A stretch of 63,272 nt of DNA, counting the filler, from Reclinomonas americana ATCC 50394 (Eukaryota): the NCBI GenBank assembly GCA_048213135.1. It is 7 parts of 4 records of this genome, joined end to end, with 100 filler letters (N's around TTAATTAATTAA, not from the genome) between each part and the next. Parts side by side here need not be neighbours in the genome. Positions count along the whole stretch, not along the records: positions 32,275 to 43,830 come from PS015073.1; positions 43,931 to 55,732 come from PS015073.1; 5 more parts are not named here. The stretch is one strand, 5' to 3'. Positions 32,331 through 46,495 of the stretch are shown here, one piece after another. Numbering within the stretch: the first letter of the stretch is position 1; every line of letters starts with the position of its first letter. The translations under genes were made by a program, and so were the position numbers. The notes beneath the pieces are model-generated. The model ran no database searches. It was not told the origin of the DNA and saw only the letters and a program-made list of their open reading frames with translations.

Positions 32331-35300
32331 AAAGATGTGGACCCGCAAGAGCAATGGTAAAGAGAAGAAAGGAAGTGAGGATTGGTGAGTGAATTGCTGA
32401 GTGTGAGAGCATTGTGAGCTGTGCACTGAGATGAATAGTGCAAGTGAGTGGGAGTTCTGGTGTCAACGAGTGCGTGAGGAGTGATTGAAAGCGATGATTT
32501 GTGTGAATACGTCAGTGAGAGGATGGGCAGCGAGGAGGGAGGCTGTGCGTACTTGTGCATCTGCGTGTGAGCGAGTAACCGTGAGAGTGAGGAAGTAAGC
32601 TGACAATCTCTCAGTGATTGAGTGTATGTGGAACTATGAAAGAGAGAGAGAGAGAGAGAGCGTGTAGATGCGTGCAAGTGCAAGGCAGATCAAGAATGAG
32701 AGCAATTCGCGCATTATCCAACCTTTCTTTGCGTTCGTAGAATTTACGCAACTGGTTGGGTCGTTGCTTGGCGAACGCCGTGGTTCAGGTTTGCGTGCTG
32801 TTATGCTCAACAAGTCACTCTGTGGTTTCTCACCTTTTGTTGCTCGCCAGAATCGACACCATCTGCTTCATCGTCATTGTGTGCACCTTTGGAGTCAACG
32901 CCTCGTCGGGACGAAGCGCAGCTCGAGAGCAGGTGTTCATCATTTTCCGTGTACTGCGCGCTCTGCGTATTCTCGTGCGCGTCCCGAGGTGCGTCCACCC
33001 CGACTGCGATCTTGCGTTGTGGTGAATGCTCATTAACTCCCCTGACACAGACTGCGTCTCATTGTCGGCGCATTATTCCGCATGCTGTCGCACTTTGGTT
33101 CCTACTTTTTCTGCCTGCTGGTGAGGGAAGGAGGAGGGGAATGAGAAGGAGAAGGAGAGGGAAGGAGAGGAAGGAAGGAGAAGGAGAAGAGGAAGGAGAG
33201 GAGGATGACAAGGGGAAGAGGGAGAAGCGACAGGGAGAAGAGGGAGAAGAAAACAAAAGAAGACGAAGCGAGTAGTGATGGCAGCAGAGGAGGTAGGATG
33301 GGCACAGAAAAAGAGATGAATGTGCTTTCCTTCACTCAGACATGCCCTTACACCTGGAGATATAGTGAAAGAATGAGCGAGACAAACACAGACAGGCACG
33401 CACACAAACAAGAAGAAGAAGAATGAGGAGGAGAAGAGAAGAAGAAAACAAAGTCGAACCGAGTTGCGAGTGGGACTCTGTGATGAGAGCAGAGGAGGCC
33501 ACAGAAAGAAGAGAAGAATTCCCTCACTCGCACTGGACTTTCGTGCACACTCACGAAGCGAAAGAGAGTGCGAGATAGACAGAAACAGGTACACCAACAA
33601 CAAGAACAAGAAAATGAAGAAGAAGAAGAGGCGGAAGAAGTCAACGCCTGCGTCTCACTCTCTTGTTCTTTTGCAGGCCATGTGGTACTTTTGGGCGATT
33701 GTCGGCCAGGGCGTGTTCGGCGGTCTGATTTACCGAGGAGGTGTGTCATGGAACGCCTTCTGCATTCTCTTTTCGCTGCTCCCTCTCTCCCTCCCTCCGT
33801 CCTTCCCTCTCTCTGCCTCTCTCTTCCCTGCCTCCTTCCCTCGTTCTCACCCATTTCTACAGCACCCGGACTCACGGACGACGTCCCATTTGTGGTCGCT
33901 GGGTACTTTTCGTATTCGATGAACAACCTCGGAGCGGCACTCGTGACCTTGTTTAACGTGCGTCGAGCTTGATCTCTCTCGCTCTCTCCGTTCTCCGCAC
34001 TCACGTCTCACTCTTCGCGTGCATTTGCAGCTCATGTACCTGAACAACTTTGCAGTCTTCACCAGCGGCTACGAGGCCGTCACCACCACGTGGTCTCGCC
34101 TCTACTTCCTCATCTGGTGGTTTGTCGCCGTGCTCATTGGCATCAATCTCATCGTCTCGTTCGTCGTCGACTCGTTCCAACGCGAGCAAGCCGAGCTCAA
34201 GTCGGAGCTGCAAGGCTACAAGACGGATAACTTGGTGCGAGGTGCGGCGGTGGCGCTGCGGAGGACGTTGGAGAAGATGAAGAATAATGCGCCGGCGGAT
34301 CCGTCGGGGCCGTCAAGGCATCGGTGAGTTTAGGGAAGGGGAGGATAAGGGAGGATGAGGGAAAGGGTGGTTGAGGGAAGGGGTGATGAGGGAGGATGAG
34401 GGAGAGGGATTGAGGGAGAGGGGGTGAAGTGGTAGGGAAAGGGGATTGAGGGAAGTGGGTCGAGGGACAGCAGACTGAGAGAATGGGGGATCGGGGGAAA
34501 GTGGGATGAGGAACAGGGGATTGAGGAACAGGGGATTGAGAGAAAGGGGATGAGGGAGATATTGAGGGAATTGAGGAAAGGGGATTGAGGAAAGAGGTTT
34601 GCGGGACGCAGTGAGAGGAGACAATGGGATGCCAGGGTGAGAGAGGGAACACTGCATAACAAGTGTGAAGTCCGTAGGGTATTCGAGAGAAGGAGTAAGA
34701 GAGGGCAGCGTGCAAGAGGTAGAGCACGACGAACTGAAGTGGAATGTGCTGTGGGGTGGCGAACAGTGAGAATTAGCACACGGCAGCGAGCATAATGCGA
34801 TGAATCGGTTCGCGGCGAGCGTTGCATGATTGTGTGAAAGGGTCGCAAGGTGGTGGATGAGAAACAGAGACAAGAGGCGAGCAAGAGAATGAAGGACAAG
34901 GGGAGATGCAGAGCAGAGAGACTCGCGCACAGGAGGGAAATGGACAAGGAGATTGGAAAGAGAAGTTTACGAAAATATGGGGTGATGATGGTTGAGGATG
35001 TGTCAACTGAGTCGTGTATCGATGGGAAAAGGAGTTCTGCAACAGAGTGTTGACACCCGGTCACTCATGCTGTCTTTTCTTCTGCAGTCGATTCGCGGTG
35101 ACCCGTCGCTCGCTCAAGGCCATGGACATGTTTGTCGACGGCGCCTCCACCAACGCTGCTGGCGTGCAGTGCGTACCTGTCGACGAGCTGGACGACGTGC
35201 GCGTGAGCCACGACTCGGAACGTCCTTCGCATTCATCGTCAATGGGAGACGATTCGCACATTATGGACGACGAGATCCAGTTCAACGATGGGGACGACGA

Positions 35301-35463
35301 CGACGATGATGACGACCCGGCCGACCGACCAGCGGCGCGAACGCGACTGGTGGGCGATCGGCTGGAGATTTACTCGCCAACGTACACGCCGAGTACGCTA
35401 GTGGTGCCGACGACGGTTGCTGGTGGGCCAGGGCCGACGCCCCCATCGTCGGCAAGGCATTGA
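23859..35463 (+). CDS. Two-pore channel (TPC family), about 22 exons
   Basis: Two 6-TM repeats. Pore I is FFILQTSTNNPDMW|VKSY; linker EF-hand DIDQDLDVGREEF; S4-II IFRVLRALRILVRVPR; pore II SMNNLGAALVTLFN|LMYLNNFAVFTSGYEAVTTTWSRLYF; S6 INLIVSFVVDSF. Exons join in phase, including across the spacer at 32175-32274. Confidence 0.93.
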
Positions 35464-35926
35464 GTGAAAAAAGGTGAAGCAAGGAGGCTGAAGGGGAAGG
35501 GCTGAATGGGAGGGAGAAGGGCTGAAGGGGAGGCGAAATATGTTAACGTATGCAGCATTGGCTGCGGGTACTGTGTACGCTACGTTGTCCTTGACAGGAG
35601 GCGAACACGCTGAAAGGGATTCCAAGGTCACGGTTGGAGGCAATGAAAATGCTGGAAATCAGCCAAAAACGCAGAGAATAAATAAAAAAGCGGAGCAGGA
35701 GAAGAGCGCATTCTGCATCATATTAGCATCACAGTCCGCGCGATACGCGTGACAAAACAACTTGAAATTCACAAGCGACGTTACTCATTGTCCCAGAGGA
35801 CACGAAAAAAACCGTCAAAATCATCAACCAAAATCGCACGTGAGAGTGAGCGACACGCACTTCCTCACTCACTCACACGCACACACCAACACCCAGCGGA
35901 GGGATTGACGTCACACGCAGGACACC

Positions 35927-38900
35927 ATGGCCGATCGTCGGTGCGTCACGACTCCACTCTCATGAAAAAGGCAGTTTTTATCACTCACTCTCTCTGCTCT
36001 CTCTCACACATACAAACAGTGGCTCTGCGAGTGGTACGCGCGCTCTCTCTCTCTCTCTCTCACATGTCCTATCACTCACTCTCTCACAACACACAGATCG
36101 CGCAACATCCGCTGGCTTGGATCCGGTCGCGCGTCCGCCCGTCGATCCACACCATCTCAGCACGGTCACTGGGCGCGAGCAAGCCTCCTCCTCGTCTTCC
36201 TCGTCAACGCCGTCTTCATCGTCCAATTCGTTGACCCAGCCACCGCCGCCGAGGCATCCGCAAGCGCCACCACCATCGTCGACGTTCATGGGACCGCCGG
36301 TGGGACGGCCGTCGTCGAGGGAGCAGCAGGAGCGGGCGCTGCAGGAGCGGCGACGTCCGCATCATGTCCCGCAGGTGGCGTCCGTGTCGCAGGTGCGATT
36401 GGGAAAGGGGATGAGAAGGGGGAAGGGCGAAGGGGAGGCAGGCGAAGGAGAAGGGGAGGAGAAGGGGAGGAGAGGAGTGATTCCTTGAGCGTTGGCGAGC
36501 GATGTGCTTGTTGCGCTGTCGATCGTCGATCGTTGCACCGCGGTCAGGGAGGCGATGTCTATCGGTTGTCACTTGCGCAATGTTCTGTGCTTTCCTCTTT
36601 TTCTCCCATCTCGTTGTTTGGTGAGCAGAACTACTTGTTGAGCATGGAAGAGCGATGTCGATCGCTGCTCACTTGCAGAGCGTGAATAGTCGTGCTCTCT
36701 CTTTCTGTCTTCTCGCACTGTGAGGTGAAGAAAGCGATTGGTTGAGGGTGGGCCAGCGATGTCGGTAGTTGCTCATTTGGGTAGTGTTCATTGCTTTCTC
36801 TCTCTGTGAGATGTGCGACGAGCGATATCTATCGCGTCTCGCTTGCATAGCATTCGACATTTCCCTCTCTTCTTCCCTCTTCTCATTGTGTGGTGCAGAA
36901 AACAACTGATCGAGCAGGGAGGGTCGATGTCGATCGTTGCTCTTCTGCACAGCTTTCTCTGCTTTCTCTCCTCTCTCTCTATCGCACTGAAAGCGATTCG
37001 ATGGACGTGTGCGAGCGATGTCGATCGCTGCTCTTTTGCCGGGCGTGAATAGTCGTGCTTTCTCTCTCTCTTATCACACTGGGAGACGGAGAAAGCGATT
37101 CCTTGGACGTGGACCAGTGCTGCCAATCGTTGCGCTCTTTTCTTTTTTCACTCTCTTCTTATATCGCACTGTGCGATTGGCAAAGCGATTGGCTGCGAAT
37201 GAGCTAGCGATTTATCGGTGCTCACTTGCACAGCGTTCCGGACTTGCTTCTCTTTCTCCCTGTTTCTCGTAATGAGATGAAAAGTGATTTTGTCGAGCGC
37301 AGAGGAGCGATGTTGATCGCTATTCACATTGCTTGTTGCTCTCTTTCTTATCGCACTTTAAGATTGAGAATAGCAGTTGGTTGATCGGGAGAGCGATGCC
37401 GATCGATGCTCCCTCTATCTCTCTTGTCGTGCTCATCGCACTGTTGCATGCATGAAGCGCTCCCTCCCTCCCTCCCTCCCTCTCTCTGTGCTCATTGCAC
37501 TGCGCAATTGGTTCAGCGTGACGATTACTGCTCTGCTCCATCCTTTCTATCCCCTTCCCTCCCTCCCCACTCACTTCTCCCCTTCTATCCCCGCGTGCAG
37601 ATCTCCGCCCGCGTGGCCTCCAGCAGCAGCATGATCTCCGAAGCCGCCACCCCCGCCAACGTGTACCCACGCCTGGTCGACGCCAACGGCGGCGGCTCCT
37701 CCTCCCTCCAGCTGCCCGAGCCCACCCCGGCCAATGGCCGGCGCAGCCCGTCGCCGCACCTCAACGCCGACCTCCTGCAGGAGCGGCCGACGCAGCGCGC
37801 GACCAATGCCACCTTTTTGTCGGGTGTGGTGGCCGGTCTGCGCATGGATCCGCGCATGCCCGGCAATACGTACGTGTCAATCGACGGCGGCTCGCCGACC
37901 AGGGCCGGACCCACGCGCACCGCCAGTCGTGTTGCAGCTGGCATGACGGAGGGTCGCGTGCCGTTGGACCAGTCGGTGGACGGCGGCGGCGCCACTGCGG
38001 TGGACGACGAGGAGTCGCAGGCGGCACCGTTGCGCCCGTTCACTTCGACCGAGGAAGCCGTGCTCACCTACTTTGATGAGCATGCGCAGCAACTCGGCGA
38101 CGGCATGGATATGAGCAGTTGCGAAGAGGGGGAGGGGAAGGGGAAAGGGAAAGGGAAAGGAGAGGGCAATTGAGAGAAAAGAGAGGGGGACGGGGAAAAA
38201 CGACAGGACGACGAGAGAGAGAAAGAGAGAGGGAGAGTAAGGAACAGAAGGAGAGAGAGACAGAAGAGAGGACAGGGAGACGGACAGCAAATCAACGAGA
38301 ACGAGGCTCATTGAGCATAGGGAACAATAGAGACACAGAGAAAGAGAGACAAGCCAACCCCTTCTCCCCTCGCCGCCTTTTCTCACTTGCCCTTTCCCTA
38401 CACTCACAGCCGTTCGCGTGCCCATCGACCAACTGCTCCCGCACCAGGGCGACCGCATCAAGAGATTACGCGCCGAGCTGCTCGACGACAGCAGCGACGA
38501 CATCAAGGACGACTACCTCACCGCGCTCGACGAGGCCGTTGTCACCGACGTGCCCGCCGTGGCCATTGGCACGATTCCCGAGTCGATGGCCACCAAGCAG
38601 GAGGTGGCGCTGGAGGAGGGCCGTCTGCAGGATGCGCACCGCCAGATGCTGATGGCGCGCACGCGCACCGACCAGTACAACGCGCTGGAGACGGAGGCGC
38701 GCAAGTCGATTCTGGAGGCGCAGCGCGATCTCAGTGGTGTGCTGGAGACCATGGATCGCAAGCAGCGACTGGAGGAGGCGCATAGGTTGAGCGAGCTGCA
38801 GGACGAGTTTGCGCGACAGGCCGACGCGCTGGTGTACTCGCTGAAGAAGCAGGGTGGCGAGGTGCGCACGCTGTCGGGCGAGCGGTTGACAATGGAGGGG

Positions 38901-41900
38901 GAGCGGGTGGCCGAGGAGTATGATGGAACGGATTCGCGGGTGTGGCGTGTGGATGATCAGCAGGCGCCGCAGCCGTTGCAGATTCACTGTCATGTGATGA
39001 GGGCGGTGAAGGAGAAGTTGCCGCGGTGAGCAGAAAGGGGAAGGGAAAGGAAAAGGGAAGAGAAAGGGAAAGGGTGATGAGGGGAAGGGGGAAATGGGGA
39101 AGGGTGGTGAGGGGAAGGGGAAAAGGGGAAGGGGGAATGAAAAAGGGGGATAGGGAAAGGGGGTAAAGGGAGACGAGAGGAAAGGGAAGGATGAAGAGGA
39201 GATGAAGAGGGAACGGGTAGAAAGGGAATGTTGAGGGGAGGGTGGAAAGGGGAAGTGAAAGGTCACGCAGTGAGGGCAGGAAATGCTGAATAAGAAGAGC
39301 AGCGAAGGATCGGAAGGTCGCGGATGAGCGTAGCGAGATAGAATGAATGCGGATCGGGAGCGAGAATGTTGCTGAATTAAGAGATGCAAGCTCAACAAGA
39401 TCTGGCGTCAGAAAAACGTGAATAGGAGATACTCTACTTCGATGTCATTCGCTGACTCTTCTCTTTCTCTGCGCAGCGGAGAGTATGTACTCTTGGTGTC
39501 GCTGTACGATCGACTTGGCGGGCATCCTCTCATGTGGGATGCGCTGAAGAGGAGGCAAATGCATCCGCGATGGCAGCCAGCAACGCACCCGAAGGTCAGT
39601 GTAGGGAGTTGGGGGAGAGGGAGAGGGAAGGTTGATTGCATATTTCTATTCATTGTCTGTGATGCTGAGATTTCGTTGTGCTCTGTTACTCGTTGCACTC
39701 TAGCTCTTACTCTCTTCTTTGTTGTGAGGGATGCCTGTTGTATGTCTGCTTTTTCACTCCTGTTTTTCTTGTATTGGGCTTCTCCCCATCAGCTTCTTTT
39801 ACTTTCTTTCCATTTCTGCAGTGACGAATGTCCTTTGTGCTACAGTTCCTTTCTCTTTGTGTTTTGTGCCATTCCATCCCGCTGTTGCACAACCTCTTTG
39901 TTTGCTTCAAAGTCACTGTCTTCAGAGAGTGGCGTGTGCAGCGAGGGACACTTGAACGGGCAGTTCTCTCGATCTCTTGTGTTGTTTTTCACCCCTGTTG
40001 TTGCACGTCACATTGAATGTGGCAGCCACAAATGAACAGTCTCTCTGTGTTTTTCGTTCTGTCTGCCTGTTTCTCTCTCTCTCTCTCTGTTGTGTTGGGT
40101 TGTGCTGTGGGAGTGTGTGAGTCTTTCTCAGCTTGTCTGTGTCTCTGTCAGTCTGTCATTCTCTCTCTCTCTCTGTGAGTGTCTGTCGGTATCTCAGTCT
40201 GTCTCAAACAGTCTATCTCTCATTGTTTGTCAGTCTGTCTCAGACAGTTTGTTTCTCTCAGTCTTCTCTTTCTCTGCTTTTCTTTCTTTCTTTCTCTCAC
40301 TCTCTCTCTCTCTCTCTGTCGTGTCAGTCATTCGCTGTCCCTTCCCTTGCTTCGCTCCCTCTTCTCACCACCCTCCCTCCAGACCCACGCCGGTCGCTTC
40401 TTCGACATTGAGCTGCGCTTCGATGAGAGCGTGTTCCTCGTCGCGCCCTCCAACGTCGACATCAAGCCATCCATGTGTTTCGTGTTCGAGTTGTTCCTCC
40501 TGCGCGGTGCCGGCTATCCGATGGACCGCGTGGTAGCGTGGGGCGCTCACCCTGCAGTCGACGGTCGCTTCAACGTGGTGCAAGGCCGCTACAAGTGCCC
40601 GCTGATTCTGGGCGAGATGGATCGCCGAGTCGACAAGTGGGACACGTATGAGAGTATTACGCGCAAGCACATTGATGAGTGGTTGGCGAACATCTACTTT
40701 GGTGAGTCCAACACTGGGAAAGGGATGCAGGGAGGGGAAAGTAGGGGAAGAAGGGAAGGCAAAGGGGGTATAGTGGGGGAAGAGATTCGACTGGCTGTCT
40801 TTTTGTCGCATTCTGCATTATCTACAACAACGAGAGGATTAGAGTGAGAGGAGATAGAGGGCAGAGAGAATGAGAGCTGGCGTGGAATCACAGCAGAGGC
40901 AAAAGTGTGATGAGGGACTGACACGGAAGAAGAATGGAGAACAAGAGGAGACTATTGGGGAGAGGGAGTGCAGTCTTTCCCTCTCTCTGCCATTACCGTT
41001 CCATCTCCTTTTGTACACCGTGCCTTCCTCATTTTCTCAATTTATATTCCCTCCTTTCTATTCGTTGTCTATTGCGTTGTCTCATTCCTTCCCCCATTCC
41101 TTCCCCCATTCCTTCCCCCATTCCTTCCCCCATTCCTTCCCCCATTCCTTCCCCCATTCCTTCCCCCATTCCTTCCCCCATTCCTTCACCCTTCTTCTTT
41201 CCCGATTCCTTCCCCCATTCCTTCCCCGTTTCCTTCACCCTTCTCCTTCCCCGTATTCCTTCCTCATTCCTTCTTCCCCATTCCTTCCCTCATTCCTTCC
41301 CCCATTCCTTCACCCTTCGTCTTTCCCCATTCCTTCCCCCATTCCTTCCCCGTTTCCTTCACCCTTCTCCTTCCCCGTATTCCTTCCCTCATTCCTTCTT
41401 CCCCATTCCTTCCCCCTTACTCCCCCCTTCCTCCCCCCTTCCTTCCCCCCTTCCTTCCCCCATTCTTTCCCCCATTCCTTCCCCCATTCCTCCCCCTTCT
41501 CACCACCCTTTCCCTATGCCGCAGAGGTCGCCGCCCTCCCCAAATACCTCCCCTCGCAACGCGAATTCCGCGTCAACCTGCAATTCCGTGCCGACCTGGC
41601 CAAAGAGAGCCGTCGCGAAATCGAGCTGGAGGACATGGAGCGCGCCAAGAAGCGTGCGGAGGACGTCAAGTGGCTGCGCGAGCAGCGGGAGAAGCGCAAG
41701 CGAATGGTGACGATTGCCGGGGAGGAGGACGACGGCAGAGGCGAGCAGGACAATCAGACGTCGTCGAGCGATGTGCTGCCGACGGAAACCATGCCGGATC
41801 CGCGACAGTTCCGCCGTCACGGTGTGTACGGCGCCGATGACGAGGATGAGGAGGGAGGTAGGAGCGAAGTGGACGACATTCCACTGGCTGGCGGTGGCGA

Positions 41901-43243
41901 TGGCGACTCAATGGTCAGCGAGGGACTGGTGTACGGCAAGAAGTTGCCGGTGGATCGCGACACGGCGCGTGAGCTGGGCCTGGCCAATCGGCTGACGGAG
42001 TGGTACGCCAAGATCGATCACGACGAGCGGGTGGTGGAGCACATGACGTCGGCGCCGAGTGCGACCATGTCGCCGTTGGCGGCGGTGCCGCCGACGCTGT
42101 TGGGGTTGGAGACGCCGCGGAATGAGGACGGTGAGAATTTCGTGGCGGTGACGCCGGGGATGTCGGATGCGTCGCCGCAGGTGGGCGCGAGGTCGCCGAA
42201 TGACAGGTTTGTCGGGGAAGGGGGTAAGGGGGAAAGGGGAAAGGGGGAAGGGGGTAAAGGGAAGGGGAGGAGAGGAAGAGAGTGAGTATGCTGCGTATTG
42301 CGTGTGTTTATTTGTGAGGAAGAGTGGTGTGTTGACAGTACTTGCAGTGGAAGAGAAGTTGTTCAATGACTGTTGCAATTTGTTGGTTGCGATTGTGAGA
42401 GTTAGCTTGTATGCAAGCTTGTTACTTGCACTAGAAAGTGAGACGTGCTTTGATTACTGCGGTGTGAAGATTATCGAGAGCTTGGCTGCGGTGGTGTGTT
42501 TTGTGCATGATGGACGATCGTGTCTTCCCGTTACTGAGAGACCAGTGAGGGAGTCGTGAGAAGGAGACGAAGATGAAGTGGGTTGTGTTGGGTCGAGCAC
42601 AGATCTCTCGTTTTTTCTTGCTGTTCCATCCTGTTCTCTTTTATTTTCATCGTCGTCCTCACCTTCCCACTGCATCACAGGCGCGGGCAGCTGACTCTGA
42701 CGGGCAGCGTCTACCACGGCGGCGACCAGGAGACCGACGGTGACTATGGCGCACGCGACGATGAGAGCAGCGCCACGAACTCGGAGCACGGCTTCCTGCC
42801 TCCTCGTGGAGCGCGTCGTGGCAACCTGTTTGGGGCGGGTGTGTCGGGCGACAATTCGCCCGTGCAGAACCGCTCGCGCTCCCCCTCGCCACAGCGACGC
42901 GGTCAGTTGGCGCTGGGCGGCGGTGGAGTTGGCGATGCCCCCGTGCCGCGTGGTCACTTGGCGACGACGGCTGCGCCGGTGCGCGGTCACCTCGGCAATG
43001 CGGCGCCGGTGCGTGGGCACTTGATGCAGGCGGGCGGCAGCACTGCTGCGCCGGTGCGCGGTCACCTCACCGGTGGCGCTGGTGCGGGAGCGGTGGTGCC
43101 ATACCGCGGGAATGAGCGCCGCGGGCACTTGCACAATGAGTTCACCGACTCGGAGTATGACGACGAGGAGGACTTTGGCGATGACGAGCAGGATCGAGGG
43201 AGTGTCATGACGGCGTCCAGTGGGTACACGGATGGATATGATC
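35927..43243 (+). CDS. OFCC1-like protein; 3' part missing beyond the gap at 43831
   Basis: Spliced PQPLQIHCHVMRAVKEKLPR|GEYVLLVSLYDRLGGHPLMW...|HAGRFFDIEL...KPSMCFVFELFLLRG...DRVVAWGAHP...GRYKCPLILG...WLANIYF|EVAALPKY matches the OFCC1 conserved domain as I recall it. Exons about 36097-36392, 37601-38117, 38410-39025, 39477-39594, 40383-40701, 41525-42206, 42681-43243. Confidence 0.75.
36490..37450. repeat. Degenerate intronic tandem array (core gagcgatgtcgatcgctgctc)
   Basis: Motif recurs near 36650, 36755, 37013, 37205 and 37305 with shared flanks. Confidence 0.7.
41083..41500. repeat. 12-bp minisatellite (cattccttcccc)n before an acceptor
   Basis: Directly visible. Confidence 0.9.
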
Positions 43244-44620
43244 GTGAGTTGCAAGAGGGAAAGGGGAAGGGAGAAGGGAGAAGGAGGAGAAAAGGAAGGG
43301 AAGAAGAAGGGAGAAAGAGGAGAAGGAGGGAAGAGAGATGGAGGAGAAGGGAGAAAGAGGGGAAGGGAGAAGAGGGGAAGGGAGAAGAGGGGAAGGGAGA
43401 AGAGGGGAAGGGAGAGGAAAAGAGATTAAAGACAAAAGGGAGAAGAGAAACAGGAGGAGGGGAGAGTGAAATTCATACTTTCATCTCTTCCTTCTGTACT
43501 CTCTCTTTATCCGGCTCTCTCTGTTTTCTCTCTGTTCTCTCTGTCCTCTTTTTTTCTCTCCTGCTCTCTCCTGCTCTCTCGTGTTCTCTCTGTCTCTGTT
43601 CTTTCTGTCCCTGTTCTCTGTCTCTCTGTTCTCTCTGTTCTCTCTGTTCTCTCTGTTCTCTCTGTTCTCTCTGTTCTCTTTTCACTCTTTTCTCTCTCTT
43701 CTCTCTGCTCTCTGTTCACTCTTGTTCTCTCCTGTTATTTCTGTTCTCTCCTGTTCTCTCCTGTTCTCTCCTGTTCTCTCCTGTTCTCTCCTGTTCTCTC
43801 CTGTTCTCTCCTGTTCTCTCTCCTCTCTCCNNNNNNNNNNNNNNNNNNNNNNNNNNNNNNNNNNNNNNNNNNNNTTAATTAATTAANNNNNNNNNNNNNN
43901 NNNNNNNNNNNNNNNNNNNNNNNNNNNNNNGTAGAACGACGACGTAGTACGTACGACGAACGACGACGACGACGAGCAGGTAGAGGTGGAGGAGAGATTG
44001 ACAGAGTACAGAGACGAGACGACAGAGGACGAGAGAGAGAGAGAGAGAAGCGAGAGAAGCGAGAGACGAGAGACGAAAAGTGAGAGACGAGAGAGAAAAT
44101 AGGCGAGACGTGAGAGGGTGAGGAAACATTGACCCACAGACGAGAACAAGTAAGCAGACAATCACGTAGTTTGACACAGGGGATGATAGTGTGAGACGAT
44201 TAGGACTGTACACACGAACCAGCGACGAAATGAAACGGCAATGTGCACTGTCGCATGCGACCAGCGACACAAGATAAAGAGAACAGCAAAGCATGCAGGA
44301 GATGGAAGTGCAAATACCAGGTGCGCGACAGAGCAAGCGAGCAAACAACAAGCAGATGCACCAACAGAGAGGCAACAAAGAGCAGGTTCGCGACAGAGCA
44401 CATACCACAGAGCAAGATGAAAAGCAGATGTACCAACAAAAAGAGGCAACAAAGAGCAGGCGTGCGACAGAGCACACGCAACGTAGACAGCAGTACACCA
44501 AGCAGAGGCACCACAAGAGAGAGAACCCAACACATCGAAGATACACGACAGAGCAAGCAGAATATGGAAGAGAGGAATGACACTACGAAAATCATCAAAC
44601 AAACACGATTAATAACGAAC

Positions 44621-46463
44621 CAAGTCCAGCCAGCTCGCAAAATGTGTACGGCAAACACACGTGCCAATTGTCAATCACATCCAGTCGGTTAATTGCCTGC
44701 CACAGAAAATACCATGAGTCTTCCCTTTCTCTTGTCCTCTCCACTCCCTTTCCCTCTCCCTTTCCCATTCTACTCCCTTCCCCCTTCCCTTTCCCTTTCA
44801 ACCCCTTCCCCCTTCTCCCCCTCTCCGCAACTCTCCACGCCAACTCCGCCTCCTGCCCCGCCGCTCCGGGCGAGAACGGCCTACCAAACTCAATCACATC
44901 GTCCTCCCCGAGCGTCGTCGCCCCCGTGGCACCCGTGGTCACCGATCCCGCCGACGACGCCACGTCGCACGCGCAGTCCTCCTCGCGTGTGCATCCGCAC
45001 CCCGAGCACGGTAGTACGCGGCACGAGGAGGCCGGCGGTGGACTGCCCATGCTGTCCAGGTCGCCGGCCGACGACGAGGAGACCATGTCGGCCATGTCGG
45101 AGATGCAGCCGGTGGAGGCGGAGCGGGAAGTTGGTCGGAGGGGGTCGGGGTAGGAGCGGAGGGCGCGGGGTGGTGGTCGGTGGAGGGAGGATTGGTAGGC
45201 GGCGACCAGGCCTGTGAGGAGGGGGGAAGAAAAATGAGAAGGAGGGGAAGGAGGAATAGGAGAAGGGGGGAAGGGCATCCTTTGAACTCTATGTCCACCA
45301 GACTCATACGAAGGAGAACGCACTTTGCTTTTCTCTCTCTCTCTCTTTTGACAGACATCTAAAAGCGAGAGAGTTGTGCACAGTTCACAGAGTCCAAAGG
45401 CAAGTGAGGGGACGAGGACTGAGTCACAACACATAAAGGCACAGACGCTGACACAAGTGACAGGAGGCACTCGAAAGGGCAACAAAATCTGACAAGACTC
45501 ACAGCGCGTATTAAACAAACAAGGCTCCAGAGTCAAAAGAAAATGCGCAGAGCAGAGAACGAGCGATGGCTGCTGCATCTCTACGAACTGCAACAAGAAT
45601 GCGCAGAATTTTGCACAACAGACAGCGTGTTGTTGGACACACGACCGGAGATAAGAGAAGCGCATGATTCTGCGTCGCGTGAATCCGCGCAGAATCATGG
45701 CAGATGGCGACGATGGAACAACGCGGGGAGGCAAACTGATCTCTCAGACGACGAGCAGGAGCAAGAAGCAACAGACCGTGCAAAAACGTGACGAGGTCCA
45801 AGAAAGGATCGCAAGAAATCTCACAAATCGGCATGCGTATCTCCCAACAACACGAGAGAATAAGCACGACGATGAGGGTACAGCGAAGGAGCACCAAAGT
45901 AGCGCGAAAGTGAGAGAGGGAGGAAAGTAAGGGAAGGAGAGGAAACACCGAAAATCCTGCAGATCCCCCGAAATGCAAGAAAGAATATGGTAATGAAAGA
46001 AATCCAAACACAAAGGATAGACAGTGAGTGAGAAAGGGAAGGAGAGAGAGAGAATGGGGAGAGAGAGAGTGGAAAGGATCTATCAAATCAGATGGTGACA
46101 CAAACAGCACGTTGAGTTGGGCAGCTAAACCGAGAAACATGCAGATCTCCCTGGAAACGCGTGAGAGAGAATGAGAGAGCATAGGCAAGCGCATACGCCG
46201 ATGAAGGCCCACTTGACCTGGCAGAACAGAGAGACAGAGGGGGGAAGGGGAAGAGGAACAATCTCTCTCAGAAAAAGAAGGCGATGCAATCACCAAGAAA
46301 CATGCAGATCTCCCTCGAAACGCGTGAGAGAGAATGATTGAAGGCACACGCTGTCGAGGGCACGCCAAAGCATGCACAATGGAGAGGGAGAGGGAAAGGG
46401 GAAGAGCAATCTCTCAGAATAGAACGCGATGAAAACGCCAAGAAACATGCAGATCTTCCTGCA

Positions 46464-46495
<32 letters not shown>

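Noticed and set aside
44832-45211. Continuation of the OFCC1-like gene on the + strand
   Set aside because: Splice signals and phase fit a separate minus-strand gene starting near 47281.
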